From Octopus vulgaris (Eukaryota): a DNA stretch of 64,000 nt. The notes under the pieces were generated by a model. The model saw only the letters and a list, made by a program, of their open reading frames with translations, had not been told where the DNA came from and did no database searches. This document shows positions 41,921-53,765 of the stretch, one piece after another. Made by a program: the position numbers and the translations under genes. Location: contig OX597818.1 of the NCBI GenBank assembly GCA_951406725.2, positions 144,026,001 through 144,090,000 on the forward strand, in the 5' to 3' direction. Within the stretch, counting starts at the first letter, position 1. Each line of letters begins with the position of its first letter.

Positions 41921-43412
41921 AGATGCAAGAAAACCGAAATTCTTACAGATGCATTCTGACGTATAAACATAATACGCACCTATATTTATATATACCTACA
42001 TACATTCCTATATTTTTGAACATTACAGTCATACACACACACATATATAAAGCAAAGTTTATTTTTTTGTACGTTGACTGCTGAAAACACTAAATAAAAT
42101 TGATAATATTTCAGAGTTTTCGTGTCATTTCAATTTATTTCACCATTCCACAAATAACTGTGCACTAATTTTCTGAAAACAGAAGGGGGAGGGGTAGTTG
42201 CTGGTGTTTTGGCTTCTATTTCTAGCAATCCTCAAACTATTTCACCATAATGCTTTTTACATATCTATACAAGAGTGCCCCACCGAATTTGTTCCTTCAT
42301 AACTTTAGGGAAAATGGAAATCTTTAAATAAAATTTTCTACAAATATGCTTCTAATGGTGTAGATTCCAACTATATCAGAATTTATAATACTAACAATAC
42401 TTCTTTTTCAGAAAATGAGGAGGGAAGGGCCCTTTGCAATTATAGATAAGCACATCTCAACAGTTTTAATTGGGGGTTGTGAAGAAATTCTTTTCTTCCT
42501 ATGTTTCTTCCTGTCTTTCCATGCATCAAATTCATTGCATAGCCAATAACAGTGTATTTTATGACTATGGCCTTATCTACTGATAGCCTCTAAAATAATA
42601 CCCTTCCAGAAAAACTGGCGGCAACAGTCCCAAAGAGAGAAACCAAATGTCTATGAAGTCAAAAGTTCTCCACAACACAACCGCAATTTCTAATGCTACC
42701 TCAAATGCCTGATTTTATGGCAAGACACATTTTCCGGTCGCTACAAATTCATCTTATCCCCAAAACACTTTCACATTGACCTAGTATTGAAACATCCTTT
42801 CTCTTACAAGTAATCATATTTTTGATTGGTGAAGAGAAATTTGGTGACATATTGTAAATTAATGTTCAAAATTGTGATGCACTTATTGAAATACTCTTTT
42901 TAATCATCTTTTATTGTAAGGAAAATGGTCATTACGATAGATGCCATTATGTGCCTTATGCATACATTTGGGCAGCGTACAGGCCAGGCCAAAGGCTGGG
43001 CTGGACACTAATAAGACATAAAAGAAAAACAAGGCAAAATGAATTTATGTATTTTATTGATGATGATGATGATTGTGATATGATGAGTGACAATATTTAG
43101 GCGAATACCCTAGCAGAGGCTTGGTTTGTTGAGTCCAACACAGAAGACAAAAATAAAGGATATGGATGGAGAGAAAATGAACCAGTGACGAATTAAATTG
43201 AGTTGGTTGTTTCTTTTTCAGTTGTAGATAAAGTTGAACCTGGAAATATGAAAGAAAGGAAAAAATGAGATGTTATATTAATACCAAGCGGGCAAACCAA
43301 AGAGAGAATATCAACATACAATAAAATAGCAAGAAAATCTTCAAATAACTATTGTCTCAGAAGGGCACATAAGACAGTTTGTGATAAACAATGACTGAAA
43401 ATAGACTGTACG

Positions 43413-44452
43413 GTCACAGCTGAAATGCCTTTGATCCATCAGGGCTGAACTGTGGTTAAACAAGGTCACAGCTGAAATGCCTTTGATCCATCAGGGCTGA
43501 ACTGTGGTTAAACAAAGTCACAGCTGAAATGCCTTTGATCCATCAGGGCTGAACTGTGGTTAAACAAGGTCACAGCTGAAATGCCTTTGATCCATCAGGA
43601 CTGAACTGTGGTTAAACAAGGTCACAGCTGAAATGCCTTTGATCCATCAGGACTGAACTGTGGTTAAACAAGGTCACAGCTGAAATGCCTTTGATCCATC
43701 AGGGCTGAACTGTGGTTAAACAAAGTCACAGCTGAAATGCCTTTGATCCATCAGGGCTGAACTGTGGTTAAACAAGGTCACAGCTGAAATGCCTTTGATC
43801 CATCAGGACTGAACTGTGGTTAAACAAGGTCACAGCTGAAATGCCTTTGATCCATCAGGGCTGAACTGTGGTTAAACAAAGTCACAGCTGAAATGCCTTT
43901 GATCCATCAGGGCTGAACTGTGGTTAAACAAGGTCACAGCTAAAATGCCTTTGATCCATCAGGACTGAACTGTGGTTAAACAAGGTCACAGCTGAAATGC
44001 CTTTGATCCATCAGGGCTGAACTGTGGTTAAACAAGGTCACAGCTGAAATGCCTTTGATCCATCAGGGCTGAACTGTGGTTAAACAAGGTCACAGCTGAA
44101 ATGCCTTTGATCCATCAGGGCTGAACTGTGGTTAAACAAGGTCACAGCTGAAATGCATTTGATCCATCAGGACTGAACTGTGGTTAAACAAGGTCACAGC
44201 TGAAATGCCTTTGATCCATCAGGGCTGAACTGTGGTTAAACAAAGTCACAGCTGAAATGCCTTTGATCCATCAGGGCTGAACTGTGGTTAAACAAAGTCA
44301 CAGCTGAAATGCCTTTGATCCATCAGGGCTGAACTGTGGTTAAACAAGGTCACAGCTGAAATGCCTTTGATCCATCAGGACTGAACTGTGGTTAAACAAG
44401 GTCACAGCTGAAATGCCTTTGATCCATCAGGGCTGAACTGTGGTTAAACAAC
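43413..44452 (+). repeat. 52-bp minisatellite, 20 near-identical copies
   Basis: Unit gtcacagctgaaatgcctttgatccatcaggRctgaactgtggttaaacaaR; first unit at 43413, last at 44401. Confidence 0.97.
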
Positions 44453-46276
44453 AACAAAAATGAAAAACTAGTGCAGTAAAAACTAACAAACACACACTAA
44501 AATTTACATTTATATGTCTTAAAGCAAACATAATCATTTCTAACAGGCACACAACCACCATAATAACTTTCTTCCATAGGCACAAGGCTTATATATTTGA
44601 GAGGATGAAAGGCAAAGTTGACCTCAGCAGGATTTGAAACACAAAAGTAAAAAACTGGAGCAAATGCTACAAAGTCCAATGCCATAACAATTCTATTAAT
44701 CTAATGTTCTGTTAATAATTGCTTTTAATACAGGTACAAGGCCTGGAATTTAAAGCCAACCCAGTATTAGGCTGGTACTTTATTTTATTGAGTGCAAAAG
44801 ATGACCTCTGTAGAATTTGCACTCAGGATACAAAGAGCCCTAACCAAATACCACAAAGAATCTGGCTTAATATTCATATAATTTTGCCAATCTATCCTAT
44901 GATATTAGATACATTAGTGCATTCATATAAAAGTGAAGATAGGACATAAACAAAGAAAGTAACTTCCTGGTTTCTTGTAAGTAAATGGCAATGTGCTGGA
45001 TAAGTCCAGTTATAATCAAATTGGAATGAGTACAAATACATAAAGCTGCATGTGCACGCACACGCACACACACACATACGTACACCCATTATCTTTCATA
45101 TACACATATATACATTCAATGTGCAAGTGTCTGTGAGAGTGAATATAAATGCATAGAGCTGAACACGCTCGCACGCACATACATAACGCACGTGCGCGCA
45201 CATCTTTCGCTTTCCACCGTCTTCAATGTCCTGAAACCGAAAGTAAATAAAGAAAAAAAATTTCACAGAAACTAACGAACAAACAGCTGTAAACATTGAC
45301 AGGTCTGGGACCAATAACAAATGATTGCCGACATTTGTATAGGTGTGTGTTTATGTCCCCTTAGCGGTTCAGCAGAACAGAAAGATAGAATGGTTAATGT
45401 TTACAAAAAAATGTGTATTAATGGAATATGAAAATAAAAATTTGAGCTAACAAATCAGGGGATGGAGTGAGGACTTTCGGAAAATTCACAAAATCCAATT
45501 TTTGCCCTCATAACTTTTAGGAAAATGGATATCTCTTAATGAAATTTTATATAAATACCTTTCAAACAGCATAGATTAGGATTATAAAGAAATTTGTAAG
45601 GAAAATTTTTCCGGAGATGGGGGAGAAGACCTTCGTAGTGAAAGAAATTCATAAATTATTTTTTTACTTGAGTGTAATGGAAATAAGTTTCAAAAAAATC
45701 TTTTAGATTCATCTATTTTTCGTTTGAGTAAATAGAAAAAGGGGATCTAGCCTTTCTTGTTCGCAAAATTAACCCCCACCTTAATTTTGCCCAGATTGCT
45801 TTCAATTTTGGTGTATCGATGCAACTCTGAACTTTGAATACGATCAATCAATCACTTTATCTCATAAATTACAGAATCTGATGTTGTTTAGCATTAAAGT
45901 AGGGACATTTAGGTAATTTTAGCCAATCAACAGACAGCATGGCAATAGCAGCTTGTTGCCATGACAACCTCACAGTGTGTTGTGGTTCACTGTTGTTTAT
46001 GCCGCAGTTGATTTTTCACGATTAATTCTTCACACCATTTTACATATTTTTTTTTGTGTTAGTATTTTTACATATTTTTTTATTTTATATACTTTTGGGA
46101 CTCATCGACTCAGATAGTTGGATTTATGATTTCACTAGGCTAATTCTGTTCATAAAAATTTGAATTGGGAATATTTCTTAAATCGTTAGCTTCACATTTC
46201 CAACAACTGAAATTTAGCCCACAACAGGAACTTAAAGGGATATCATGGAACAGAGAAACTGGGTGATACAGATAAT

Positions 46277-46977
46277 TTGGGCGAAGGTAAAGACCCCCCA
46301 CCCTTTTGGGATTTCTTTTTTTTTTTTTTACAAGAATCTACAACATCGAGTGCGGAGATTCCGAGTCTGCAAAAAAATCTGCTTTTCAAAATTTAAATTT
46401 TCCCAGCCCGCCTTAATTTCTTTAAATTTTCACTTTTTTAAAAAGTATTTTTTGGCGAAATACATAGAAAAAATAAGATTATGATTCTGAAGAAAAATTC
46501 TCTAAAATTTCAATTTTTCAAAAACACCCCCCCCTCCTAAAGGGGTCTATTGTCTTTACCTCCGCCGATAATTTGGCATTTTTAAATTCTGCATGCAAAA
46601 ACATGAAATTCTTTTCCTTGGGACAAATTCTTTTTTGACTAGTGTTATTCTTATCGTAGTTTACAAATGCAAGCTTAAAAACGTGGAGCTCCTTTAGAAA
46701 CGCACCTAAGAAAATGAAATACAATAATGAAGATGGAAAATATATACAAAATAACTGATGTATGCAAAAAATTAAAAAGATTCGTCCATTTTTAAATATT
46801 TTATGCTAAAAAAAAATAAAAGGGAAACTCTCGAATCTAAACGTACCTGTCGGACGATATTAGGGGAGGTAATTTACTTTTACCAGTCGGGTATTATTAA
46901 TGATACAAGGAGCCCGACAATATCGTTAGCAAATTCTTGATTATTTTTAATCAGAGTTTTTTTTACCTTCGCCCATT
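46277..46977. mobile_element. MITE-like element
   Basis: TIR tgggcgaaggtaaa / tttaccttcgccca. Confidence 0.55.
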
Positions 46978-47109
46978 TTATGATGTTGTGATTATACGAC
47001 AGAAATAATTATAAAACCATAGAGAAAATATATTTAAGACGCATTCAAGTTCTGTTATTTTTATTTTTGTTTTCAGTTTACAGAGAAAATAAATTATAGA
47101 ACACATAAC

Positions 47110-47275
47110 ACAGCAAAACTTTCCAAATAATCCATGGAGCTGTTATAATAGATAGAAGTATTTCACAGGAGATAAATCATTAACTGCCTGATGCGCAATG
47201 AACTCAATTACACTGACTTATTCCCCTTGTTCACAAGAATTTTTACTTTCATTTTGATTTCCGAGAAACAGAATC
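47110..47275 (+). pseudogene. Truncated copy of the upstream region of the ParB-like CaaX gene, broken by a Helitron
   Basis: Near identity to 50371-50556 up to ...gagaaacagaatct, after which Helitron sequence begins. Confidence 0.8.
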
Positions 47276-47730
47276 TCTCTCTATATAAACGGCAGTTTGT
47301 CTGTCTGTGTGTCTGTCAGGTTGTACCCTCACCCTGACCACGGCTTTCAACCAATTCTGATTAAACTTGGCACACACATAGCCCAATGTCATAATTCAAA
47401 ACTAACGCAGCGAAACTTTTGAAAAGTTCACCCAGTTCTGAAAAAATCGATAAATTCAACATGGGGTCGAGAATCTAAGCTTTTTATATGCAACACATTT
47501 TCTGGGCTGTACGTGGGCTGTTCACACGTTGGGAGGCACAATGATGTTTTCATGATTTTGCCCAAAGGGACAGCTAGGAACATCGTATACACAGAAGTAT
47601 TCGAGTGAAGAGAAGACATTGCAACCTACATATGCGCCTTCGTTCCCTAGAGGGAAAGGACTAGATTGGGATTAGTCGTTGCCTACTAGGGGCTCTTACA
47701 TACCCGGGCAACGCCGGGCTATGCTGCTAG
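47274..47730 (+). mobile_element. Non-autonomous Helitron
   Basis: TCTCTCTCTATATAAAC start with (TCTG)n; cccgggcaacgccggg hairpin + CTAG. Confidence 0.8.
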
Positions 47731-48254
47731 TCATTAATAATACCTGGTTGGCAAAAGCAACTTATCTCCCTATCTATCGTCGCCAGTGCCCGTTTTCAGT
47801 TTCTTTTTATTTTTGAGTATAAAATATTTTTAATGAATGAATCTTTCTAATTTTTTGCATATATCATTTATTTGGAGCAAAGGATCTTTTCGGTTTGAAC
47901 GGCAGTTTTTAACATAATTTCTAGGTAACTAAAAAAATTTAAACTTCGTATACTGGTAGAATGTGTTTATTAAACATCTTCTTCTCGGATCTTTTCGGTT
48001 TGAACGGCAGCTTTTTTCTAGCGGTGTCACATGAAATTGTCACCCGTAATTATGACCCTGGTATCGATCTATTGCATTTCAATCTGTTTTAGGGTTAGGG
48101 ATTGGGGGAAGGGTATCTTTTTTTTCTTAACAAATGTAAATAAACCCAATCTGTTTCTTAAACGAGGGACATATTCATACGGCACAGAATGATTTTTACC
48201 TCGATGGACGTCGTTGATTGGTTGAAATTGAAGGAAAAAAATATCTTACAAACT

Positions 48255-48515
48255 ATAGGTTTTTTTCAATGAAATTTAAACGGCATACATTACGATTATA
48301 AAGAAATTTGTGGGGAATATCATTTCCAAGGGGGTGGGGAGAGAACTTCGGAAAATTCACAAAATCCGAGTTTTTCCTTCATAACTTTCAGGAAAACGGG
48401 GTTTTTACGATGGAATTTTATAGAAATACTATTGAAACGGCATATGTTACGATTGTAAGGTAATTTGTGGGAGAGGACTTTGGAAAATTCACAACATGCA
48501 ACTTTATCTCTCATA
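48255..48515 (-). repeat. ~157-bp satellite monomers, inverted arm
   Basis: Reverse complement of the monomers at 48830-49500. Confidence 0.8.
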
Positions 48516-48581
48516 ATTGAATATATATATATGTATGTGTGTATGTGTATATATATGTGTGTATGTGTGTATATATATATA

Positions 48582-48664
<83 letters not shown>

Positions 48665-48829
48665 TAATAATGAGTGAATGAGAATAATTGAAAATAAAAC
48701 AAAATTGAAGCCAAAACACTAAAAATTATAGAAAGTGGGTAGAAATAAACACTACGTAGTGTAGTAGTACTACGCTAGGGTACGCTAGGGTATGTGTAGA
48801 AAGTTGAATGTGGTTTCGGAATATAATGA

Positions 48830-49505
48830 GGAAAAATTCGGATCTTGGGGATTTTCCGAAAGTCCTCTACCCACATCAAGGTTTACCCCACAAATTACTT
48901 TATAGTCGTAATAAATGCCGTTTCAATAGTATTTCTATTAAATTTCATTAAAAAAAAACCATTTTCCTGAAAGTTACGAGGGAAAAGCTCGGATTTTGTG
49001 AATTTTCCCAAGTCCTTTCCCCATCCCCTTGGAAAAGATTTTCCTCACAAATTTCTTTCTAATCCGAAAGTATGCCGCTTGAATGATATTTCTATAAAAT
49101 TTCATTCAAAAAACCCCATTTTCCTAAAACTTGTGAGGGAAAAACTCGAATTTTGTGAATTTTCCGAAGTCCTCTCCCCACCGAGTTGGATAAGATTTTC
49201 CTCAAATTTTTCTTTATAATCCGAAAGCATGCCCTTTGAAAGGTATTTCTATAAAATTTCATTGAAAAAAACCCATTTTCCTAAAAGTTATGTGGGAAAA
49301 ACTCGGATTTTGTGAATTTTCCGAAGTCCTTTCCCCAACCCCGTTGGAAAAGATTTTCCTCACAAATTTCTTTATAATCGTAATCTATGCCGTTTGAAAT
49401 TTATTTCTATAAAATTTCATTGAAGAAACCCCATTTTCCTAAAAGTTACGAGGGAAAAACTCGGATCTTATAAATTTTCCAAAGTCCTCTCCCCACCCTC
49501 CCGTT
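48830..49505 (+). repeat. ~157-bp satellite array (about 4 monomers)
   Basis: Repeating ataaaatttcatt..ccattttcctaaaa..gaaaaactcggattttgtgaattttccgaagtcc. Confidence 0.9.
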
Positions 49506-50129
49506 TCTTTGCTGCTTGCGATAGTAGTCGAGGAGGAACAACTTCCGGGTCATCTCTACTAAATGTCACCACTCTGTTCTATGTCCAGCAGCCACCTTTA
49601 TCCTTTCTAGTCAGCACCGTGCATTCCTTACTCTTTCCCTCCCTACTATACTATCAACTAGCAACCAGCCAGCGAACTTGTTACTGCACTGCAGTTACCG
49701 TATTTTCAGGTGTATAAGCCGCTATTTTTCTTTTACCGTCAGCTTTTAATAATGCTACTTTTCATCTAATAAAGACTTTTATATTGACGAAATATGTTTG
49801 TTGTTGATTATAGTAAGATAAAATCATGACAATGACAATACCTCTCATAGTTAGAAAATAAGGCATTTTGAAACTACATACACGTCAAGGACCTGTTCAG
49901 TTTGGCTCAAACACTGAAGAGATCCAATTTCATTGCAAGATATCCATTTTCCTAAAGGTTATGAGGGGGAAAATTCGGATCGTGTGAATTTTCCGAAAGT
50001 CCTATTCCCGCCCCCGATTCGTTACTGCAAATTTTTATTTTCATATTTCATTATTGCACATTTTTTTTTACACCTGTTACACTCGTTTTGATTTCTGTTT
50101 TGGTAACCAGTAGTAAAAGTAACGTTAAC

Positions 50130-50240
50130 CGATAGAATACCAGGTTTCAAAAAATGAGCCCTGGGATCGATTCATTCGACTAAATATTCTCCAAGGCGGT
50201 GCCCCAGCATAGCCGCAGGCTAATGACTCAAACAAGATAC
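50130..50240 (+). mobile_element. SINE tail fragment
   Basis: gatcgattcattcgactaaa..ggcggtgccccagcatagccgcag..aatgactcaaacaag. Confidence 0.75.
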
Positions 50241-50592
50241 AATCAAAATATACTGAAATGATCTTAACGAAAGAAGGTGCAGTTACTCGGCTGATTAAAA
50301 CTAGCAGCCAAATCTTAAAATATTACTTTCGTTTTTATTTCCAAGAAGTGCTTACTTTAGATACTATGACCAGCAAAACTTTCCAAGTACAGAGATTTCG
50401 TAGAAAAGTAATCTATGGAGCTGTTATAATAAATAGCAGTATTTCACAGGAGATAAATCATTAACTGCCTGATGCGCAATGAACTCAATTACACTAACTT
50501 ATTCCCCTTGTTCACAAGAATTTTTACTTTCATTTTGATTTCCGAGAAACAGAATCTTCACAAGTATTACTTTGTCATTACATACGTTCACT

Positions 50593-51237
50593 ATGTTCAT
50601 CACACTGTCTCCAGAAGAGATCCGCTACACTCAAGATTCTATTTCTTCATGTTTTCAAAATGGAAACGAAATACAAGATCTTATTTCAGACATTATCAAG
50701 GGTCAAACCACAATTAATGAAATCCGAACAATCAGAGTTTTCCGTAAAGATGAGAAATATTATAGTGCAGACAATAGGAGACTTTACGTGTTCAAAGAAG
50801 TGCAACGGTTAAAGCAGCCAAATTTGAGGATAAGAGTCAAATTAATAGACGAAGCTGATTTTGACGCAGCTAAGTTCACTACAACGAGCGATGGTTTACG
50901 TATAAAAGTAAGAAAGGGACCTACAAATAGAGTACCTAAACATACAACTGCGCCGACAAATATATATTCGTTTAGCGCAAGTCCCAGAACTGCATATGAA
51001 GAAAGTTTCAGAACTGCATATGAAGAAAGTCCCAGACCTACTTATGAAGCAAGTACCAGACCTACTTATGAAGCAAGTACCAGAACTACTTATGCAACTG
51101 GATCTAGTTTCTCCAGTAGCTATGGAACGGATAACGTTTACAGACTGGACACTCCAAGAGTTCCGAATATTATACGTAAAGAACCCACAAAGCCAACACC
51201 AGAGAAATCCGATGATTCTTGGTGTGTAATTCTTTAA
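50593..51237 (+). CDS. ParB/Sulfiredoxin-like domain protein with repeat linker and C-terminal CaaX (214 aa), copy 1
   Basis: Intact ORF from ATG 50593; motifs IRYTQDSISSxF.NG and YYSADNRRLYVFK; ends CVIL*; candidate splice acceptor at 50551-50552; AATAAA at 51483; conserved paralog. Confidence 0.8.
   Translation: MFITLSPEEIRYTQDSISSCFQNGNEIQDLISDIIKGQTTINEIRTIRVFRKDEKYYSADNRRLYVFKEVQRLKQPNLRIRVKLIDEADFDAAKFTTTSDGLRIKVRKGPTNRVPKHTTAPTNIYSFSASPRTAYEESFRTAYEESPRPTYEASTRPTYEASTRTTYATGSSFSSSYGTDNVYRLDTPRVPNIIRKEPTKPTPEKSDDSWCVIL
50989..51084 (+). repeat. Coding 24-nt repeat (TAYEESPR-like) x4
   Basis: Direct sequence. Confidence 0.9.
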
Positions 51238-52315
51238 ACAGTCATCCTGATGCTACTGACTCTAAGGAATATCAATTTTAATTTTCTTGAATTTTGCTTG
51301 TTTTATTTGAGACGAAAATGGAACTTAAATTTAAATCTCTGATACTACGGATGTGAAGTAAGAACCTTCTAGTTTTCTTTACCTTTTTGGCAAAATTCTA
51401 CCACCTCAACCCCACATTTTACAACAAAAAAAAAAGATTCAAAGTTACCGGTTTTCTTTTTACCTTTCATATTTTTACGGATAATAAAATACATGCGAAG
51501 CAAAATATTCAACAAAACACTTCACAATGTATACAAATGGTATAAATATTGAAAAAGAAAAAAGAAAATATTAGAAATATTGGGATTTTAATTAAGTTTT
51601 CTTTATATATTCAAATTAATCATTTAAACGATTTTACTGGTAAATTATGACAAACGGAATAAAATTTGAACATTATCGAAGGGAAGTCGTTCTCTCCTCA
51701 GACACAGGAAAGCAACAATTGACCTTTCAGTTATTCTTTTCTCAAGTTATATAAAACATTATCTATATATATATATATATATATAATATGTGTGTGTATG
51801 TATGTATGTATAAAAGGGACCGAGGTAAAAGAATACGCACACCACCCGTTTTCGGCGTAACAAGGACCCTAGCCCCTAACACTGGTTGTACGTGTTCTTT
51901 ACTTTCGCCATAAAAGGTTTTTGTTTCATTTAAACAATTTTAAAACGTCTAAATTATAAGTTTATCGTTTAATAAAGCTCCCCACACGCGGCAAAATGTT
52001 TCAATCTCTCTGTTACCAACGAAAACGATAAGCTTCCTCGATATTATTATTGTGTAACCAGAAGCTTGTTACTTTTAAACGTTCAGGGGGAAAAAAACTT
52101 CCTTTTCTACACACCCATATTTTTCTTTTTCTTTTTGTTAATGTGTACATCTTAACCTTATGGGGTCATTCATATCGATTCATTTCAAGATGACAACGCC
52201 GTTACATAGCAATACTGATTACACCCACAAAGGAATCTAAAAAAAAGATTTTTTGCGTCGAAGTACCCTGAACTCCCAATATGCCACAAATCTCCCTTTT
52301 TTATTTTCAGAAACA

Positions 52316-52620
52316 AAATTTCTTTATAATCCGAAAGCATGCCCTCTGAAAGGTATTTCTATAAAATTTCATTGAAAAAAACCCATTTTCCTAAAAGTTA
52401 TGTGGGAAAAACTCGGATTTCGTGAATTTTCCGAAGTCCTTTCCCCATCCCCGTTGGAAAAGATTTTCCTCATAAATTTCTTTATAATCCGAAAGTATCC
52501 CCTTTGAAAGGTATTTCTATAAAATTTCATTGAAGAAACCCCATTTTCCTAAAAGTTACGAGGGAAAAACTCGGATCTTATAAATTTTCCAAAGTCCTCT
52601 CCCCACCCTCCCGTTTCTTT
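52316..52620 (+). repeat. ~157-bp satellite (2 monomers) at the duplication junction
   Basis: Matches 49205-49510. Confidence 0.9.
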
Positions 52621-53765
52621 GCGCGCATTTTTTTTTTTTTTTTCATATTCGTTTCCTGCCCATTGCTTTACATCCATCCCAGTACTTTTTTTTTTGGTGT
52701 GTGTGTGTGTGGAGGGGGTGATTTTCATTTCCGGATCAAGATTAACCCGAATTTCTTTATAATCGTAATCTATGCCGTTTGAAAGGGACCTATATAAAAT
52801 TTCACGGATTTGTTCAGTTTGGATCACTGATTTTTTTTTATTCACTTTCTTTTTTGAAACTTCGTATTTTTCTCACCCAGAACACGATTTACTTTGAACA
52901 TTTTTGACAAAATTTGGTATTTTAGAAGTTATTTTGTGTTAAGGTTGTATTTGGGTAATTTCAACCCATCAACGACATGTATTCAGATTAAGAAAGCTAC
53001 TGCTGCTTGCGATAGTAGTCGAGGAGGAACAACTTCCGGGTCATCTCTACTAAATGTCACCACTCTGTTCTATGTCCAGCAGCCACCTTTATCCTTTCTA
53101 GTCAGCACCGTGCATTCCTTACTCTTTCCCTCCCTACTACACTATCAACTAGCAACCAGCCAGCGAACTTGTTACTGCACTGCAGTTACCGTATTTTCAG
53201 GTGTATAAGCCGCTATTTTTCTTTTACCGTCAGGTTTTAATAATGCTACTTTTCATCTAATAAAGACTTTTATATTGACGAAATATGTTTGTTGTTGATT
53301 ATAGTAAGATAAAATCGTGACAATGACAATACATCTCATAGTTAGAAAATAAGGCATTTTGAAACTACATACACGTCAAGGATCTGTTCAGTTTGGCTCA
53401 AACACTGAAGAGATCCAATTTCATTGCAAGATATCCATTTTCCTAAAGGTTATGAGGGGGAAAATTCGGATCGTGTGAATTTTCCGAAAGTCCTATTCCC
53501 GCCCCCGATTCGTTACTGCAAATTTTTATTTTCATATTTCATTATTGCACTTTTTTTTTTACACCTATTACACTCGTTTTGATTTCTGTTTTGGTAACCA
53601 GTAGTAAAAGTAACGTTAACCGATAGAATACCAGGTTTCAAAAAATGAGTAATGAACTCAATTACACTGACTTATTCCCCTTGTTCACAAGAATTTTAAC
53701 TTTTATTTTGATTTCCGAGAAACAGAATCTTCACAAGTTGTATTTTGTCATTACATACGTTCACT

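Noticed and set aside
43413-44452. 52-bp repeat array as a CRISPR array
   Set aside because: Units are directly adjacent with no unique spacers, there are no cas genes, and the context is eukaryotic
48088-48105. TTAGGG telomeric repeat
   Set aside because: Only two units, inside a MITE-like repeat
50572-50592. TTG start given by the ORF track for the ParB-like gene
   Set aside because: In a eukaryotic context the first in-frame ATG (50593; 53766 in copy 2) is more plausible
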